This document shows, piece by piece, positions 27,506 through 37,622 of a stretch of 64,000 bases of DNA (positions are counted from its first letter, which is position 1; every line of letters begins with the position of its first letter). The notes under the pieces were generated by a model, which saw only the letters and a list, made by a program, of their open reading frames with translations, searched no databases and had not been told where the DNA came from. Origin of the DNA: an uncultured Gammaproteobacteria bacterium. GTDB taxonomy: Bacteria > Patescibacteriota > Patescibacteriia > Magasanikbacterales > GWA2-37-8. The stretch is from assembly GCA_964540825.1 (NCBI GenBank), contig CAZINT010000001.1, positions 284,565 to 348,564 of the forward strand. The letters run 5' to 3'. Made by a program: the position numbers and the translations under genes.

Positions 27506-28759
27506 ATGGACCAGAATATTTCGCCCATTCGCACGAAGGCCGGAAAATACTTTAGTACGTACCTGGCCGTTATCTTTTTCATACTTACGTTTGGACTCGG
27601 TTTTTTGACCGGGCGCAATGTGTATTTTAAAAAATACGTTACCAACGCCGAAGGGCTCGTGACTACAGATGGTGTGGTTATTAACGATCCTAATGCTCCC
27701 GTTGCTGGTGTTGATCTGCAGCAGTTTTGGAGAGTGTGGAATGAGATAAAGGCCAAGTATGTAAAACAGCCTGTTTCGGATAAAGATTTGTTAACCGGTG
27801 CGACACAAGGACTGGTAGCTTCGTTGAACGATCCTTATTCACTTTTCTTACCCCCACAACAAGCTACAGAGTTTACCAATGATTTAGCAGGAGCGCTCGA
27901 AGGCATTGGAGCAGAGATCGGGGTTAAAAATAATCAGCTCATGATTATTTCGCCGATTCCTGGAACGCCTGCCGAAAAAGCAGGTCTCATGCCAGGAGAT
28001 AAAATTTTACTTATCAATAAAGAATCGACTGTCGGTATGGATGCGGGCACGGCTGTTACCAAAATTCGCGGTAAAGCCGGGACGCCGGTTGTACTCAATA
28101 TATTGCGCGACGGAACAACTAAAGCAAAGGACATTACGATCATTCGCCAGAAAATTGTCGTACCGTCAGTAACACTTAAAATGAAACCGGGTAATATTGC
28201 TTATATTCAGGTTTTACAGTTTAACGATACTACGGTAGATAAATTCTACGCTGCCATCGATCAGGTAAAGAAAAATAAAGCAAAAGGTCTGGTGCTCGAT
28301 TTGCGCAATAATCCGGGCGGGTATCTTGATTCGGCTATCGCTATGGCAAGTGAATGGGTGAAGGACGGTGTGATCGTTAGTGAAAAAGGATTCAATGGTG
28401 CAAGTAATAGCCATGCCACGGAAGGTAGTCACCGATTGGCAGGTCTTAAAACCGTGGTCTTGATTAACAAAGGTTCAGCCTCTGCTTCCGAAATTGTGGC
28501 CGGAGCCCTGCAAGATCATAAAGTCGCAACCCTAGTTGGTGAAAAATCATTTGGTAAAGGATCGGTTCAGGATTATGAAAATTTCCCCGATGGCTCGGCG
28601 CTTAAATTAACCGTTGCTGAATGGTTTACGCCAAATGGTAAAAATATTACCAAAGAAGGTATTACGCCCGACGTAGAAGTAAAAGAAGATTTTGCGAATG
28701 ATAAAGTCGGGGTTGATAAACCGCTTGATAAGGCGCTTGAGATTTTGAAGAAAAAATAA
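27506..28759 (+). CDS. ctpA: S41 carboxyl-terminal processing protease with PDZ domain
   Basis: DPYS, GIGAE, DLRNNPGG, SASASEI, FGKGSVQ. Confidence 0.95.
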   Translation: MDQNISPIRTKAGKYFSTYLAVIFFILTFGLGFLTGRNVYFKKYVTNAEGLVTTDGVVINDPNAPVAGVDLQQFWRVWNEIKAKYVKQPVSDKDLLTGATQGLVASLNDPYSLFLPPQQATEFTNDLAGALEGIGAEIGVKNNQLMIISPIPGTPAEKAGLMPGDKILLINKESTVGMDAGTAVTKIRGKAGTPVVLNILRDGTTKAKDITIIRQKIVVPSVTLKMKPGNIAYIQVLQFNDTTVDKFYAAIDQVKKNKAKGLVLDLRNNPGGYLDSAIAMASEWVKDGVIVSEKGFNGASNSHATEGSHRLAGLKTVVLINKGSASASEIVAGALQDHKVATLVGEKSFGKGSVQDYENFPDGSALKLTVAEWFTPNGKNITKEGITPDVEVKEDFANDKVGVDKPLDKALEILKKK

Positions 28760-28765
28760 TTAAGT

Positions 28766-28800
28766 ATTAAAAAACCACCGAATCTCGGTGGTTTTTTAAT
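28766..28800. terminator. Bidirectional terminator
   Basis: ATTAAAAAACCACCGA-atc-TCGGTGGTTTTTTAAT. Confidence 0.85.
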
Positions 28801-28807
28801 TGTTGCT

Positions 28808-29704
28808 TTAAACACGTTCTTCCCATCGTTTGTCGTATTCTACTTCCAGTTCGAGAAAGACCTTTTTATTAATCGCTTGTTCAAGTTCTTTGCGAGCTGC
28901 AATACCAATTTCTTTGATCGCCCGTCCACCAGCGCCGACGATCATGCCTTTATATTTTTTGTTGTAAGTGAAGACGTTGGCTTTGATAACCATGATATCC
29001 GGTTTTTCTTCAATGCTGTCAATTTCAACGTGCGTGGAGTAGGGAATTTCTTTTCTTAGGGCCAGAAATATTTTTTCGCGGATAATTTCGGAGATCCAGA
29101 AGTTTTTATCGACGTTCGTAAGCTGGTCGGGTGGGTAGAGTGGTTCACCAACCGGTAGGAGTTCAAACACGCGTTTAACGAGTGGCTGAATGTGGCGGTT
29201 CATGAGGGCGGAGAGTTCGTAAGCACCATCAAATTCGCTTTCGAGCGCTTGGTATTCTTCGAGGTATTTTTTTTCAGTAGCTGGTAAATCTGATTTGTTG
29301 ATTACCATCAGTTTTGGAATCTGCAAATGGCGAACGAGGGCCAAGATCGAGCGTTCTTCAGGACCAATCGTTTTGGTGGGGTCGGCCACGTAGATAACAA
29401 CATCAATATCCTTCACAGCTTCATGAACGGTTTTGGTAAGCTTACTTGATAGAATCGTGTGGCGTTCTTTAAAGACACCCGGTGTATCGACAAACACAAT
29501 CTGTCCTTCGGCACCGTTTAAAACACCGTGAATATTATTACGGGTAGTCTGGGGTTTGTCGGTGACCGCTGAAATTTTAGTGCCCACAAGGGTGTTGATC
29601 AGGGTCGATTTGCCCGCATTGGAGCGGCCAATAATCGAGACGATACCGGATTTCAGGTTGGTAGTGGATTCAGGGGTTTCGGGGGTGGGAGTCTTTTTAG
29701 CCAT
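28808..29704 (-). CDS. era: GTPase Era
   Basis: GRSNAGKS, PQTTR, DTPG, NKSD, KH domain. Confidence 0.97.
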   Translation of the reverse strand: MAKKTPTPETPESTTNLKSGIVSIIGRSNAGKSTLINTLVGTKISAVTDKPQTTRNNIHGVLNGAEGQIVFVDTPGVFKERHTILSSKLTKTVHEAVKDIDVVIYVADPTKTIGPEERSILALVRHLQIPKLMVINKSDLPATEKKYLEEYQALESEFDGAYELSALMNRHIQPLVKRVFELLPVGEPLYPPDQLTNVDKNFWISEIIREKIFLALRKEIPYSTHVEIDSIEEKPDIMVIKANVFTYNKKYKGMIVGAGGRAIKEIGIAARKELEQAINKKVFLELEVEYDKRWEERV

Positions 29705-29783
29705 AGGTATAATTGCTTGTCTTTTTAACGCAGGTATACTATACTACCTGCAGGAATTAAGCAAGAAATAGCCTGTTTTTGTT

Positions 29784-30245
29784 ATGAAAGTCATTCTTCT
29801 CGAGAACGTCAAGGGACTTGGTAAAATGGACGATATTAAAGATGTTACCGATGGGTACGCCCGGAATTTTTTGTTCCCGGCTCATCTGGCGGTGCAAGCT
29901 TCGAGCCAATGGGTTAGCCAAGTTACCAGCCGCAAGAAAAAAGCCGCCGGTAACGCTGAAAGCGAGCTCCAGCAGACCCAGCACCTGGCTGAAGAACTGG
30001 ACGGTTTTGAACTCCTGGTTAAGGCTAAGGCCAACGAACACGACCTTCTGTATGCTGCACTGACCCCGGCCAAAATTGCCGAGCTCCTCGTTGCCCAAGG
30101 ATTTAAGGTCACCAAAGCAAATATTATTACCGAACCGCTCAAAACAGTTGGCGACCATACAGTTAAAATAAAACTAAAACACGGCCTCGAGGCTGTCATC
30201 AGGATTAGTGTCACCGTCGAAAATACCAAGCAAGGAACTAACTAA
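29784..30245 (+). CDS. rplI: 50S ribosomal protein L9
   Basis: [14 protein letters not shown]...V.DGYARNFL. Confidence 0.96.
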   Translation: MKVILLENVKGLGKMDDIKDVTDGYARNFLFPAHLAVQASSQWVSQVTSRKKKAAGNAESELQQTQHLAEELDGFELLVKAKANEHDLLYAALTPAKIAELLVAQGFKVTKANIITEPLKTVGDHTVKIKLKHGLEAVIRISVTVENTKQGTN

Positions 30246-30293
30246 CCGAAGTTGTTCCTTGCTCTTTTTTTATGATTTTTTAATTTTTTTACT

Positions 30294-31922
30294 ATGGCCA
30301 AAACAAAGTACATTTTTGTGGTGGGAGGGGTCTTGAGCGGCGTCGGCAAAGGGGTGGCTGCAGCTTCAATTGGCCGCATTTTAAAAAATCGCGGTCTTAA
30401 TGTTTCGGCTATTAAAATTGATCCTTATATTAATGTTGACGCTGGCACGATGAACCCTACCGAACATGGCGAAGTATTTGTGACCGAGGACGCCGACGAA
30501 ACAGATCAGGATCTTGGCAATTATGAGCGCTTTTTGGATACCACTATCATGTCGGTCAATTATATGACCACGGGCCGTGTCTACCAGAGCGTGATCGAAA
30601 AGGAACGCAGTATGTACTACAAGGGTAAATGCGTCGAAGTTGTACCGCACATTCCGATGGAGGTCGTTGATCGCATTCAAACCGCGGCTAAAAAAAGCAA
30701 AGCCGATGTGATGATTATTGAAATTGGCGGTACGGTCGGGGAATACCAAAATATTTTATTCCTTGAAGCGGCGCGCATGATGAAACTGAAAAACCCGGAT
30801 GACGTTTTGTTTGTTCTGGTCAGCTATTTGCCGGTGCCCGGTCATTTGGGTGAAATGAAAACCAAACCAACTCAGTACGCCGCACGTACGCTTAACTCGA
30901 GTGGTATACAGGCCGACATTATTCTTGCTCGTGGACGTGAAGAACTTGATAAGCCGCGCAAAGAAAAGTTAGCTATTTTCTGCGGCCTTAGAAGCGAAGA
31001 AGAAATTATTTCCGCCCCTGACGTTGCCAGTATTTATGATGTGCCCGATGTTTTGGAGCGTCAAAATTTGAGTACGCTTGTCGGTAAAAAATTACGTTTG
31101 AGATTTAAGCAGGACCGTAGCAGCGAATGGAACTCGTTTGTTAAAAAAATGCATGCCGCTGCTAAGCCGCTTAAAATTGCAGTGGTCGGAAAGTATTTTG
31201 GAACAGGGGACTACACACTTTCAGATTCTTATATTTCAGTTATCGAAGCGGTTAAGCATGCTTCATGGAGTGAAGGCGTGAAGCCAGAAATGACCTGGAT
31301 TGATGCTGAAAAGTACGAAAAGAATCCCGGTGCGATTAATGAGCTTAAGGATTTTGATGCCCTGCTCGTTCCGGGCGGATTTGGCACACGCGGTATTGAG
31401 GGGATTATTGCAGCAATTCGTTATGCTCGTGAGCATGCTTTGCCGTATCTCGGACTGTGTTATGGTATGCAGCTTGCTAGTATTGAGTTTGTACGCAATG
31501 TCTTGGGTAAAAAGCAGGCGCATACTGTCGAGGTGAATGCTGTTACGATCGATCCGGTAATTCATATTAACCCTAACCAGGCCAAGAATGTGCTTGAGGC
31601 GCGCTATGGCGGTACGATGCGTCTCGGGGCCTATACCTGTGCCCTCAAGGCCGGGAGCCGGGCCCGCAAGCTCTATGGAGCCGAGATAATTAGCGAACGC
31701 CATCGCCATCGGTATGAATTCAACAATGCCTACCGTGAAGCAATGCAAACTGCCGGTATGGAATTCGTGGGTATTAATCCCGAATCCGACTTGGTGGAAA
31801 TTATTGAACTTAAAAATCATCCGTATTTTGTGGGTACACAGTTTCATCCAGAATTTAAATCGCGGCCGTTACACCCGCATCCATTGTTTGTTGGTTTGGT
31901 AAAAGCCGCACTTAAGAAATAG
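30294..31922 (+). CDS. pyrG: CTP synthase
   Basis: GGVLSGVGKG, KIDPYINVDAGTM, GLCYGMQ, RHRHRYE, FHPE. Confidence 0.98.
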   Translation: MAKTKYIFVVGGVLSGVGKGVAAASIGRILKNRGLNVSAIKIDPYINVDAGTMNPTEHGEVFVTEDADETDQDLGNYERFLDTTIMSVNYMTTGRVYQSVIEKERSMYYKGKCVEVVPHIPMEVVDRIQTAAKKSKADVMIIEIGGTVGEYQNILFLEAARMMKLKNPDDVLFVLVSYLPVPGHLGEMKTKPTQYAARTLNSSGIQADIILARGREELDKPRKEKLAIFCGLRSEEEIISAPDVASIYDVPDVLERQNLSTLVGKKLRLRFKQDRSSEWNSFVKKMHAAAKPLKIAVVGKYFGTGDYTLSDSYISVIEAVKHASWSEGVKPEMTWIDAEKYEKNPGAINELKDFDALLVPGGFGTRGIEGIIAAIRYAREHALPYLGLCYGMQLASIEFVRNVLGKKQAHTVEVNAVTIDPVIHINPNQAKNVLEARYGGTMRLGAYTCALKAGSRARKLYGAEIISERHRHRYEFNNAYREAMQTAGMEFVGINPESDLVEIIELKNHPYFVGTQFHPEFKSRPLHPHPLFVGLVKAALKK

Positions 31923-31930
31923 AATGCAGA

Positions 31931-31966
31931 ATAAAAAAGACACTGCCCAAGCAGTGTCTTTTTTAT
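31931..31966. terminator. Bidirectional terminator
   Basis: ATAAAAAAGACACTGC-ccaa-GCAGTGTCTTTTTTAT. Confidence 0.85.
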
Positions 31967-33339
31967 CGTCCTTTCATGCGCAGGACAATATTAATGGTGC
32001 GTAGCGCAATCGCAATGTCGAGCAGGGGCCCGCGATTTTTTATGTAGTAAAGGTCGTATTCAAGTTTTTTCAAATTTTCTTCGAGCGTACCGTAGTATCC
32101 TTTGTGAATTTGGGCCCAGCCAGTAAGACCGGGTTTAACGAGGTGGCGCAGGTTATAGAATGGCATCGCTTTAGTAAGCTCATGAACAAATTCAGGGCGC
32201 TCGGGGCGGGGGCCGATAAATGACATTTCGCCCTTGAGAATATTGATAACTTGGGGGAGTTCATCAAGTCTGGTTTTACGGAGTAATTTTCCGATCCCGG
32301 TAATACGCGTGTCATTTTCAGCGGCATACTCAGCCCCGGCTATTTCAGCGCTGCCGTTGGCTGAAAGCACTTTCATAGTTCGATATTTATACATGCGAAA
32401 ACTTTTGCCGTTTCGTCCGGTTCGTTCTTGCTTAAAAAAAACCGGACCGTGAGAAGTAACTTTTATAGCAAGAGCAATAAGGGGCAGCGTAACAATGCAT
32501 ATAATGCCAAGCAGGGCGGCAGTAAGGTAATCTGTCAAAATACGAAAACGATCGTACGCTTTTTTCTGCTGTTCGTGTAAATTGGTTAAAAACCAAGATT
32601 CGGAAAACGTAAAAGGTGGTATGCGCTGCATAACCGTTTCGTAGAATTCAGCCAGATTGATGAGTTCGATTTGATTAAATAAATTTTTATAAACAACACT
32701 CAGCAGCGCGTCTTCATTGGATAGGCCTGGAGCGATAACGATGAGCTCGATTTTTTGCTCGGTAATTTTGGCTGAAAATTCTTCATTATTTTTGAGTGTA
32801 TATTTTTCTAAATGAGCCGGAAGCTGGGTGTTAGACACGGTATATATCCCAAGCACTGCATAGCCGCGTTCCGGCTCTTGTTCAAGCAGTGTGCATACAT
32901 CAATCGTTTCCGGAGTGACGCCAAGAAAAATAACATTTGTTTTTTTGATGAATTGCGTAGTAAAGCGATTATGCAGATAACGCCAGCACGTAATAAGACA
33001 AAAACCGGCGATAGTATTAAGGAGAAGTATGGTCTTGGGTGTAATTTTTAATTCGGGGTTGAGGTAAAAATATAATGCTCCAAGCACGAGCCAGGCTACT
33101 CCAGAAAAGAGGATTTTTTTATAAAAAATCCAGGTGTTTTTTATTTTTACGAGATCATAAGCGCCGCTGATAAACAAGATAACCGGCGCGACCGCAAATA
33201 AAAAATTCATCGGCGGTATGAGCGCCTCAAGTTCATTTTTAGGCACTTCTTGATAGCGGATTGCCAGCGCCAGAATCAGGCTAAGGTAGAGAAGCACTAA
33301 ATCGCCGACAATAAGAATAATTTGTTTTACGCGGTACAT
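31963..33339 (-). CDS. Polyprenyl-phosphate glycosylphosphotransferase (WcaJ/WbaP-type sugar transferase)
   Basis: KYRTM, RLDELPQ, GEMSFIGPRPE, KPGLTGWAQ; start ATG 33339. Confidence 0.93.
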   Translation of the reverse strand: MYRVKQIILIVGDLVLLYLSLILALAIRYQEVPKNELEALIPPMNFLFAVAPVILFISGAYDLVKIKNTWIFYKKILFSGVAWLVLGALYFYLNPELKITPKTILLLNTIAGFCLITCWRYLHNRFTTQFIKKTNVIFLGVTPETIDVCTLLEQEPERGYAVLGIYTVSNTQLPAHLEKYTLKNNEEFSAKITEQKIELIVIAPGLSNEDALLSVVYKNLFNQIELINLAEFYETVMQRIPPFTFSESWFLTNLHEQQKKAYDRFRILTDYLTAALLGIICIVTLPLIALAIKVTSHGPVFFKQERTGRNGKSFRMYKYRTMKVLSANGSAEIAGAEYAAENDTRITGIGKLLRKTRLDELPQVINILKGEMSFIGPRPERPEFVHELTKAMPFYNLRHLVKPGLTGWAQIHKGYYGTLEENLKKLEYDLYYIKNRGPLLDIAIALRTINIVLRMKGR

Positions 33340-33402
33340 ACTTTTGTTAGACAGGATTGGGTTCGAACTGCTATACTGACGGTGCGTCAAATAATCGTTT
33401 CT

Positions 33403-35472
33403 ATGGCCAAATTCTACCATATTTCAGCTAAAAATGCAATGCTTGGGGTGCTGGCGACATTTTTATTTGTCCCTGCGACAGCTTTTGCTCAAACAAGCAG
33501 CGATCCAAGGTATTTTGAACAGCAGCCGCTCTATGACCAGATACATGCCCCAGCAGCTTGGGAAAAAACAATCGGATCAAGAGCGGTAGTGGTGGCGGTT
33601 ATTGATACCGGTTTTGATACGCTGCACGAAGATTTACAGGCTAACACGTGGACGAATACCGGCGAGATTCCGGACAATGGGATCGATGACGATCGTAATG
33701 GCTATACTGATGATGTGCACGGTTGGAATTTTGTTGAAAATAATAACAACACGCAGACGCCCGTTACGCCAACAGGCGGAACGGGGGATGCTGTAAACCA
33801 TGGAAGTTTGGTGGCCGGTCTTATTGGAGCGGCGGGGAATAATGGCCTTGATGGCACAGGTTTAAATTGGCAGGTGTCATTAATGCCGCTGCGCGCAATT
33901 AGTAATTCCGGCAGCGGCACAACGGGCGCGGTTATTAATGCTATTAATTATGCTATTAATAATGGAGCCCAGGTTATAAACATGAGTTTTGTGGGGGATA
34001 TAAATGATACTGCCCTTAAACAAAGTTTTTATAGGGCCTACCAAAATGGTATTGTTGTTGTCGCTGCGGCAGGTAATGATCGCGGTAGCGGCAAGGGTGA
34101 TTTAGATAAGTATCCAGAGTACCCGGCTTGTTTTGATCATGGCGATACGGCGAATTGGGTTTTGGGTGTCAGCTCGGTAAATGCTTCTAATCAGTTAAGC
34201 CGGTTTGGTGATTTTGGCAGCTGTGTTGATTTGGTTGCGCCGGGTGAAAATATTTTTAGTACGGTGCGTTATGCTCCTGAAGTAGGGTATGTAAGCACTT
34301 TTAGAGGCGGATTTAATGGAACGTCTTTTTCTGCGCCATTAGTAAGCGGCGCTGCGGCACTTATCAAGTCTATTCGTCCCGACTTTACTGCGCCCCAAAT
34401 AATTACTACACTCCTTTCAACGGCTGATCCGGTGGACGCAGATAATCCTGATTTTGTGGGAAAGTTAGGCTACGGATTATTAAATGTCGGTCGAGCTGTG
34501 CAGCTGGCTGAAGCTGTTACGCCGGCCGCTGTCGCTGCACCCAGTGCCGTGGTAGTACCCGAACCAACCCCAATTACACCGATTATAGTACCAAATCCGA
34601 TTGTAGTACCGGAAACTCCAGTACCGGCAAGGAAATTTTTTTATCTGTCTAAAAAACAGCTTTTTAGTCTTGATCTCGCTTCCGGTAAAAAAATTTATTT
34701 AGGCACTGTGCCGAGTACAGTAATTGATTTCACTTCCTCTTTCGATGCTGCGAGCGGACGAACGACGCTTGGGGTACTTGCTAAAAGCGGCTCAAAATTT
34801 ACTGTCACGCTGTACGATGAACGCGGCGTAGCTAGCGAAACGTTTGACGTGGCAAAAAATATTCTTGCCGCCAACAAGAATCTAACATTTCAAAGTTTGC
34901 GGCTGCTCTTAGCTCCAGATGGCCTTCAGCGTGCTGCTTTGCTTGGCTTTGATAGCCGTAAAAAAGAGACGTATGTTATCGTCCAAAATCTTGATGAGAC
35001 CATGAGTGCCCAAACGGTGCGGCTATCCGGCTCGGCGCTTCGCTTTGATGCAAGTATGAACGGTCAAACTATAGTTGTTGCTCAACTCCTCAGTAAAAAA
35101 TTGACGCTTACTCAAATCGACACTGCAACGCTGGCGAAAAGTGTGTGGTCCCTGGGTTCAGTTGCCAGCATAAGCGACCTGCGCGTCGGCCCTATCAGCG
35201 GTGGGCACGATCAGGCGGCAATAAGTATTACCAAAGATGGCAAAAATTTCCGCAGTATCGTTGATATCCCAAGCAAAAGTTACTGGAGTGATACGCTCGG
35301 AGCCCTTAAAAAGGGCGAGATGTGGAAAATTTTGCTTACCGACAGCGATTCGAATGGTGTTCTTGAAGCCTTGTACTGGAAAAGTACCGGTGGTACGTTT
35401 GCGGCAACGGATAATCGCGGAAATACCCTTAAGAGTATCGCGTTGCCGTCTTTAGGGGCAATTATCTACTAG
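33403..35472 (+). CDS. Secreted S8 (subtilisin-like) serine protease with Pro-rich linker and C-terminal domain
   Basis: Signal peptide; VIDTG, NHGS, AAAGN, GTSFSAP triad; start ATG 33403. Confidence 0.93.
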   Translation: MAKFYHISAKNAMLGVLATFLFVPATAFAQTSSDPRYFEQQPLYDQIHAPAAWEKTIGSRAVVVAVIDTGFDTLHEDLQANTWTNTGEIPDNGIDDDRNGYTDDVHGWNFVENNNNTQTPVTPTGGTGDAVNHGSLVAGLIGAAGNNGLDGTGLNWQVSLMPLRAISNSGSGTTGAVINAINYAINNGAQVINMSFVGDINDTALKQSFYRAYQNGIVVVAAAGNDRGSGKGDLDKYPEYPACFDHGDTANWVLGVSSVNASNQLSRFGDFGSCVDLVAPGENIFSTVRYAPEVGYVSTFRGGFNGTSFSAPLVSGAAALIKSIRPDFTAPQIITTLLSTADPVDADNPDFVGKLGYGLLNVGRAVQLAEAVTPAAVAAPSAVVVPEPTPITPIIVPNPIVVPETPVPARKFFYLSKKQLFSLDLASGKKIYLGTVPSTVIDFTSSFDAASGRTTLGVLAKSGSKFTVTLYDERGVASETFDVAKNILAANKNLTFQSLRLLLAPDGLQRAALLGFDSRKKETYVIVQNLDETMSAQTVRLSGSALRFDASMNGQTIVVAQLLSKKLTLTQIDTATLAKSVWSLGSVASISDLRVGPISGGHDQAAISITKDGKNFRSIVDIPSKSYWSDTLGALKKGEMWKILLTDSDSNGVLEALYWKSTGGTFAATDNRGNTLKSIALPSLGAIIY

Positions 35473-35562
35473 ATCTGTCAAAGCCAGGTTCGTTGCCAGG
35501 ACAATCTGAATTTGCTATACTTTTAGGAGACTAAGATCGCTTAGAGTATTATATGTATCTGT

Positions 35563-36597
35563 ATGGACAGCCCAATCTTTGAGAAAAAAAATGTTTTGGT
35601 AACAGGTGGAGCCGGCTTTATCGGTTCGCATTTATGTGAAAAGCTGCTTCGTGAAGCAAATGTTATTTGTGTAGATGACTTTTCTAATTCGAGCCCCGAA
35701 AATATTAATCACTTACTCCAGTATCCTGATTTTGAATTTATCAATATTGATGTTACGCAGCCGATTGATTTAACCCAGTTCGCTGAACTTGATAAGTTTA
35801 AAATTAAATTTCAAGGTGTTCAGGAAATTTATCATCTGGCCTGTCCAACCAGTCCGGCCGATTTTGAAAAGCTGAAAATGAAATCGCTGCTGGCTAATTC
35901 TTCGTCGATGATTAATACGCTCGATTTAGCGGTTAAGTATCGAGCTAAATATGTTTTTACTTCAAGCTCAGTAGTCTACGGTTCAGCCAATGCCACTAAA
36001 TTTACTTTTAAAGAAACTGATCAAGGCATGGTCGACCATTTGTCGCCGCGCGGCTGTTATGATGAAGGCAAACGATTTGCAGAAACCTGTGTTGCTACCT
36101 ATAGTCAGGTTCATGGGCTTGATGCCAAAATTGCGCGCGTTTTTACAACGTACGGTCCGTACATGAAGTTATTCGAAGGTCAGCCGGTGATCGATTTAAT
36201 CATTAATGCACTGGAAGGCAAAGATGTTGTGGTGCCGGGCGGCGAGAATGATGTGACGACACTGTGTTATGTTTCTGATATGGTTGACGGGCTTATCGGG
36301 CTCATGACTACGGATAGCAAAGTAAAAGTGGTAAATTTGGGCGGGGACACTATAATCAAGACCATGGATATCGCTAAAAAAATTGTGGCGCTTACTGAAT
36401 CAAGTTCGCAAATTATTGCTGGCGAGGAATTGCCTTTTGTGACTCATCCTGGCGTGCCCGATTTGTACTATAGTAAAAATATTTTGGGCTGGTTCCCGCT
36501 CATTACGCTTGAACAAGGACTCGCTAAAACCATTGAATACGCCATTGCCAATAAGCAGGCACTTTTGTATACTCATTTTGACAAGTTAGGCAGATAA
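35563..36597 (+). CDS. NAD-dependent epimerase/dehydratase, UDP-glucuronate decarboxylase-like
   Basis: GGAGFIGS, YHLACP, YDEGKR, TYGP. Confidence 0.88.
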   Translation: MDSPIFEKKNVLVTGGAGFIGSHLCEKLLREANVICVDDFSNSSPENINHLLQYPDFEFINIDVTQPIDLTQFAELDKFKIKFQGVQEIYHLACPTSPADFEKLKMKSLLANSSSMINTLDLAVKYRAKYVFTSSSVVYGSANATKFTFKETDQGMVDHLSPRGCYDEGKRFAETCVATYSQVHGLDAKIARVFTTYGPYMKLFEGQPVIDLIINALEGKDVVVPGGENDVTTLCYVSDMVDGLIGLMTTDSKVKVVNLGGDTIIKTMDIAKKIVALTESSSQIIAGEELPFVTHPGVPDLYYSKNILGWFPLITLEQGLAKTIEYAIANKQALLYTHFDKLGR

Positions 36598-36599
36598 GT

Positions 36600-37265
36600 A
36601 TGGTTCTCGTAGTTATTCCGGCATTCAATGAATCCAAGCACATCGGCCGCGTTATTAGCGGCCTTTTTGAACATGATTTTAGAGAGGTGGTTGTCGTTGA
36701 TGACGGCTCAACTGATGCAACTGCCAAGGAAGCTCTGGCTGCCGGGGCAACGGTACTTCGCCACCGGATCAACCGGGGGCAAGGCGCCGCACTCGAAACA
36801 GGGGACGACTATGCGCGACGTCATGGCGCTACGTACGTTGTCCATTTTGATGCCGACAGTCAGTTTAACGCGGCAGATATAGCCGGGGCAGTAGCACTGC
36901 TTAAAAACGAATCGCTTGATGTGGTTTTGGGTTCACGTTTTATGGACAAACGCTCCAAGCTGCCGTGGACTAAAGCGCATATTTTATTTCCTATAACTCG
37001 AATTTTGAATCGACTGTTTACCGGACTTCTGCTGACTGATGGACAAAATGGTTTTAGAGTTTTGTCGGCAAAGGCGATTGATCAGCTTGTAATTACTCAT
37101 GACGGGATGGCACATAATACTGAAATTTTACAGCAGATTAAACGGCTCGGCTTGCGGTTTAAAGAATATCCTGTTGAAGTTACCTATCACCGCTACGGGC
37201 AGGGACTTGGCGGGGGTGTTAAAATTATTGTTGATTTTTTATTCCGGTCATTTGATCGCACCTAA
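36600..37265 (+). CDS. GT2 glycosyltransferase, DPM1/polyprenol-phosphate sugar synthase-like
   Basis: IPAFNE, VDDGSTD, NRGQG, DADSQ, TDGQNGFR. Confidence 0.9.
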   Translation: MVLVVIPAFNESKHIGRVISGLFEHDFREVVVVDDGSTDATAKEALAAGATVLRHRINRGQGAALETGDDYARRHGATYVVHFDADSQFNAADIAGAVALLKNESLDVVLGSRFMDKRSKLPWTKAHILFPITRILNRLFTGLLLTDGQNGFRVLSAKAIDQLVITHDGMAHNTEILQQIKRLGLRFKEYPVEVTYHRYGQGLGGGVKIIVDFLFRSFDRT

Positions 37266-37268
37266 AGT

Positions 37269-37607
37269 ATGTATAGCATCCAAATTATCCTCGTACTATT
37301 TTTCATTTTTGCGATTATTAAGGTAATTGGTCGGTATAAGAGCTATGAAGTTTCATTCCGGACCCTCGTCATGTGGGTATTATTTTGGCTCGTAGGCGCC
37401 TTAGTTGTCATCCGCCCTAATGCAACAGCATATTTTGCCGAGCTGGTTGGTATCGGACGCGGGGCTGATTTGGTCGTGTATTGTTCCATCGCACTGATTT
37501 TTTTTATTATTTTTCGCTTGATGATCAAAATTAATCGGCTGGAGCGTCATATTACCGAGCTTACCCGAAGTGAAGCGCTCAAAGATGTTCAGAAGAATAC
37601 TAGATAA
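37269..37607 (+). CDS. DUF2304 membrane protein
   Basis: GIGRGADLVVY, LERHITEL; follows GT2 gene as in known pairs. Confidence 0.85.
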   Translation: MYSIQIILVLFFIFAIIKVIGRYKSYEVSFRTLVMWVLFWLVGALVVIRPNATAYFAELVGIGRGADLVVYCSIALIFFIIFRLMIKINRLERHITELTRSEALKDVQKNTR

Positions 37608-37622
37608 TCTTCACATAAAAAC

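Noticed and set aside
33340-33402. GGTTCGAA as a tRNA T-loop
   Set aside because: No cloverleaf; this is a short divergent promoter region.
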